DNA of 15,908 bases from assembly GCF_042660085.1 (NCBI RefSeq), contig NZ_JBHSTI010000039.1:1-15908 (forward strand), in the 5' to 3' direction. Below the pieces are notes generated by a model that made no database searches, had not been told where the DNA came from, and saw nothing but the letters and a program-made list of their open reading frames with translations. Positions 14,093 to 15,908 of the stretch are shown here, in pieces. Made by a program: the position numbers and the translations under genes. Origin of the DNA: Longivirga aurantiaca (GTDB taxonomy: Bacteria > Actinomycetota > Actinomycetes > S36-B12 > CAIYMF01). Every line of letters begins with the position of its first letter. The first letter of the stretch is position 1.

Positions 14093-14829
14093 AGCGCTGT
14101 ATACCCTCCGTCGATGACCAGCGCGGCGCCGGTCAGGTAGTGGAGCCGGTCCGAGGCCAGGACCGACACGAGATCGGCGACGTCGTCGGGCGACGCCACC
14201 CTGCCGAGCGGGATGCGCGCCTCGACCTCTGCGCGCAGCACCGGATCGTCGAGCCGCCACGACGTCATCGCCGTGTGGGCCATGCCCGGGCAGACCGCGT
14301 TGCTGCGGATGCCCGCGGACGCGTAGTCGACGGCGATGGAGCGCGCGAGCTGCAGCGCCGCCCCCTTGGAGGTCGTGTAGGCGCTGCGTCCGGGGAAGGC
14401 GACCTGCCCCGCCACCGACGCGATCGTGATGACGTGGCCCGCGCCCTGCTCGATCATGATCGGCAGGACGGCACGGGACAGCAGGAACGGGCCGCGCACG
14501 TTGACCGCGATCACCTTGTCCCACTCCGCGACCGGCGTCGTGTGCAGCACCGTCGCCGTCCGGTCGCCGGTGATGCCGGCGTTGTTGACCAGCACGTCGA
14601 TGCGCCCGAGCCGCTCGCGAGCGGCTGCGACGAACGAGTCGACGGAGGACTCGTCGGCGACGTCGAGCGCGCCCGCGTAGCCGTCCGGTCCGGCCGAGTC
14701 CGCTGCGCCGGCGGCGTCGAGATCGCCGACGGCGAGCAGGAACCCGTCCGCGGCGAGCCGTCGGCAGGTCGCCTGGCCGATGCCGGACGCGCCTCCGGTC
14801 ACCAGGGCTACTCGTCGGGTGTCGGTCAT
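14089..14829 (-). CDS. Short-chain dehydrogenase/reductase (classical SDR, FabG-like)
   Basis: 246 aa. 'VTGGASGIGQA', 'NNAG', and catalytic 'YTTSKGAA' (Y-x3-K). The ATG at 14829 forms an ATGA overlap with the upstream flavoprotein stop. Confidence 0.9.
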   Translation of the reverse strand: MTDTRRVALVTGGASGIGQATCRRLAADGFLLAVGDLDAAGAADSAGPDGYAGALDVADESSVDSFVAAARERLGRIDVLVNNAGITGDRTATVLHTTPVAEWDKVIAVNVRGPFLLSRAVLPIMIEQGAGHVITIASVAGQVAFPGRSAYTTSKGAALQLARSIAVDYASAGIRSNAVCPGMAHTAMTSWRLDDPVLRAEVEARIPLGRVASPDDVADLVSVLASDRLHYLTGAALVIDGGYTAL

Positions 14830-15908
14830 GACGGCTCCCCGCGGCGGGCCGCGCTCTCGGCGGCGATGAGGATCGGGTCGTACACGGGCGAGTACGGCGG
14901 TGCGTAGGCGAGGTCGAGCGCGGTCAGGTCCGCCACGGTCATGCCCGTCTGCAGCGCGGTGGCCAGCACGTCGATCCGCTGGGCCGCGCCCTCACGTCCG
15001 ACCATCTGCGCGCCGAGGAGCCGGCCGCCCTGGCCGTGCACCAGCCGGACGTGCAGGGCCGAGCCGCCGGGGTAGTACTTGGCCCGGGTGCGGTGGACGA
15101 CGTCGGTCGCGAGGGCGGGGATCCCTGCCGCCTGCGCCTCGGCGAGCGTGAGCCCCGTGCGCGCCACCTCGAGATCGAACACCTTGACGACCGCGGTGCC
15201 GACGATGCCCGCGAACCGCGCTGAGCCTCCGGCGGCGACGGTCCCGGCCACCCGCCCGGTCTTGTTGGCCGTCGTGCCGAGGGGCACGTACGCCGGCATC
15301 CCCGTCACGAGGTGCTGCGGCGCCACGCAGTCGCCGGCGGCCCAGACGCCGTCCACCGTCGTCCGCATCTCCGGGTCGACGACGAGGGCGCCAGCCGGTC
15401 CGGTCTGCGCGCCGACCGCCGCGGCGAGGGTCGCCGCGGGCCGCACGCCGACGCTGACGACGGCGAGGTCGAGGCCCGGCAGGTCGACGGCGGTCGCATC
15501 GGTGCCCAGCCGGAGGTCGACGTGCTGGCGCACGTGCTCCTCCACCACGGCCGCGGGCTCCGGATCGAGGGTGGGCAGCACCTGCCCGAGGCGCTCCACG
15601 ACGGTGACCGAGCAGCCGCGCGCGACGAGCGCCTCGGCCATCTCCAGCCCGATGTACCCACCGCCGACGACGAGGGCCGACCCCACCTTGCCCGCGTCGA
15701 GGAGTCCGCGCAGGGCGATGGCCTCCTCGAGGGTGCGCACCGTGAAGGTGCGGTCGGCGCCGACCGCCGGCACCTCCACCTGCACGGGGGAGGCGCCGGC
15801 CGTGACCACGAGGCTCGAGTAGGAGAGCCGGTGCGTGCGGTCGGCCTGGCGGTAGAGGATCCAGCGCCCCTCGGCATCGAGCTCGGTCGCGGTCGCAGCC
15901 GTCCGGAC
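14826..15908 (-). CDS. FAD-dependent pyridine-nucleotide-disulfide oxidoreductase, CoA-disulfide-reductase/NADH-oxidase-like; 5'-partial, with the N-terminal FAD and redox-Cys region outside the window
   Basis: The frame is open to the window end (VRTAATATELDAEGRWILYRQ...SYSSLVVTAGASP...), so the GTG at 15809 in the track is internal. NAD(P)-binding 'VVGGGYIGLEMAEAL', FAD motif 'VWAAGDCV', and a C-terminal dimerisation domain 'LDLAYAPPYSPVYDPI' typical of the Nox/CoADR branch. Confidence 0.85.
   Translation of the reverse strand, partial: VRTAATATELDAEGRWILYRQADRTHRLSYSSLVVTAGASPVQVEVPAVGADRTFTVRTLEEAIALRGLLDAGKVGSALVVGGGYIGLEMAEALVARGCSVTVVERLGQVLPTLDPEPAAVVEEHVRQHVDLRLGTDATAVDLPGLDLAVVSVGVRPAATLAAAVGAQTGPAGALVVDPEMRTTVDGVWAAGDCVAPQHLVTGMPAYVPLGTTANKTGRVAGTVAAGGSARFAGIVGTAVVKVFDLEVARTGLTLAEAQAAGIPALATDVVHRTRAKYYPGGSALHVRLVHGQGGRLLGAQMVGREGAAQRIDVLATALQTGMTVADLTALDLAYAPPYSPVYDPILIAAESAARRGEPS

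Noticed and set aside
1-15908. Mobile elements, CRISPR arrays, tRNA/rRNA genes, phage or defence-system genes
   Set aside because: I saw no transposase, integrase or recombinase motifs, no terminal inverted repeats flanking a gene block, no regularly spaced short repeats, and no tRNA-like cloverleaf regions. GC content and codon bias look uniform across the window, so there is no obvious horizontally acquired island.

Overview
This is a very GC-rich window (about 70-75% by eye, not computed) with strong G/C bias at third codon positions, Pro/Thr-rich linkers and many 4-nt start/stop overlaps. It looks like a high-GC actinobacterial chromosome. I support 15 protein genes and found no rRNA, tRNA, CRISPR array, transposase or integrase. 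Left part (1-4373): a cell-envelope neighbourhood with a 5'-truncated OatA/OafA-like membrane O-acyltransferase fused to an SGNH hydrolase, a convergent CapA-family lipoprotein, and an ECF sigma factor with a downstream single-pass membrane protein that may be its anti-sigma factor. Middle (4374-5661): an unusually long 614-bp divergent intergenic region containing a strong palindromic stem-loop and an imperfect direct repeat. It is followed by a translationally coupled pair of orphan genes (83 aa and 141 aa) that I cannot assign to any family. Right part (5701-15908, all minus strand): a tightly coupled operon running off the window edge. It encodes a CoADR/Nox-type FAD disulfide oxidoreductase (partial), two SDRs, CoA-transferase subunits A and B, an ADP-forming acyl-CoA synthetase, a SucD/SauS-type CoA-acylating aldehyde dehydrogenase, a stand-alone MEDS sensor-domain protein and a GAF-PucR regulator. 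The substrate of this CoA-thioester pathway cannot be read from the sequence, and this operon is the most interesting candidate for an undescribed catabolic system. The many other long ORFs in the six-frame track are Arg/Pro/Gly/Ala-rich shadow frames typical of GC-rich DNA.
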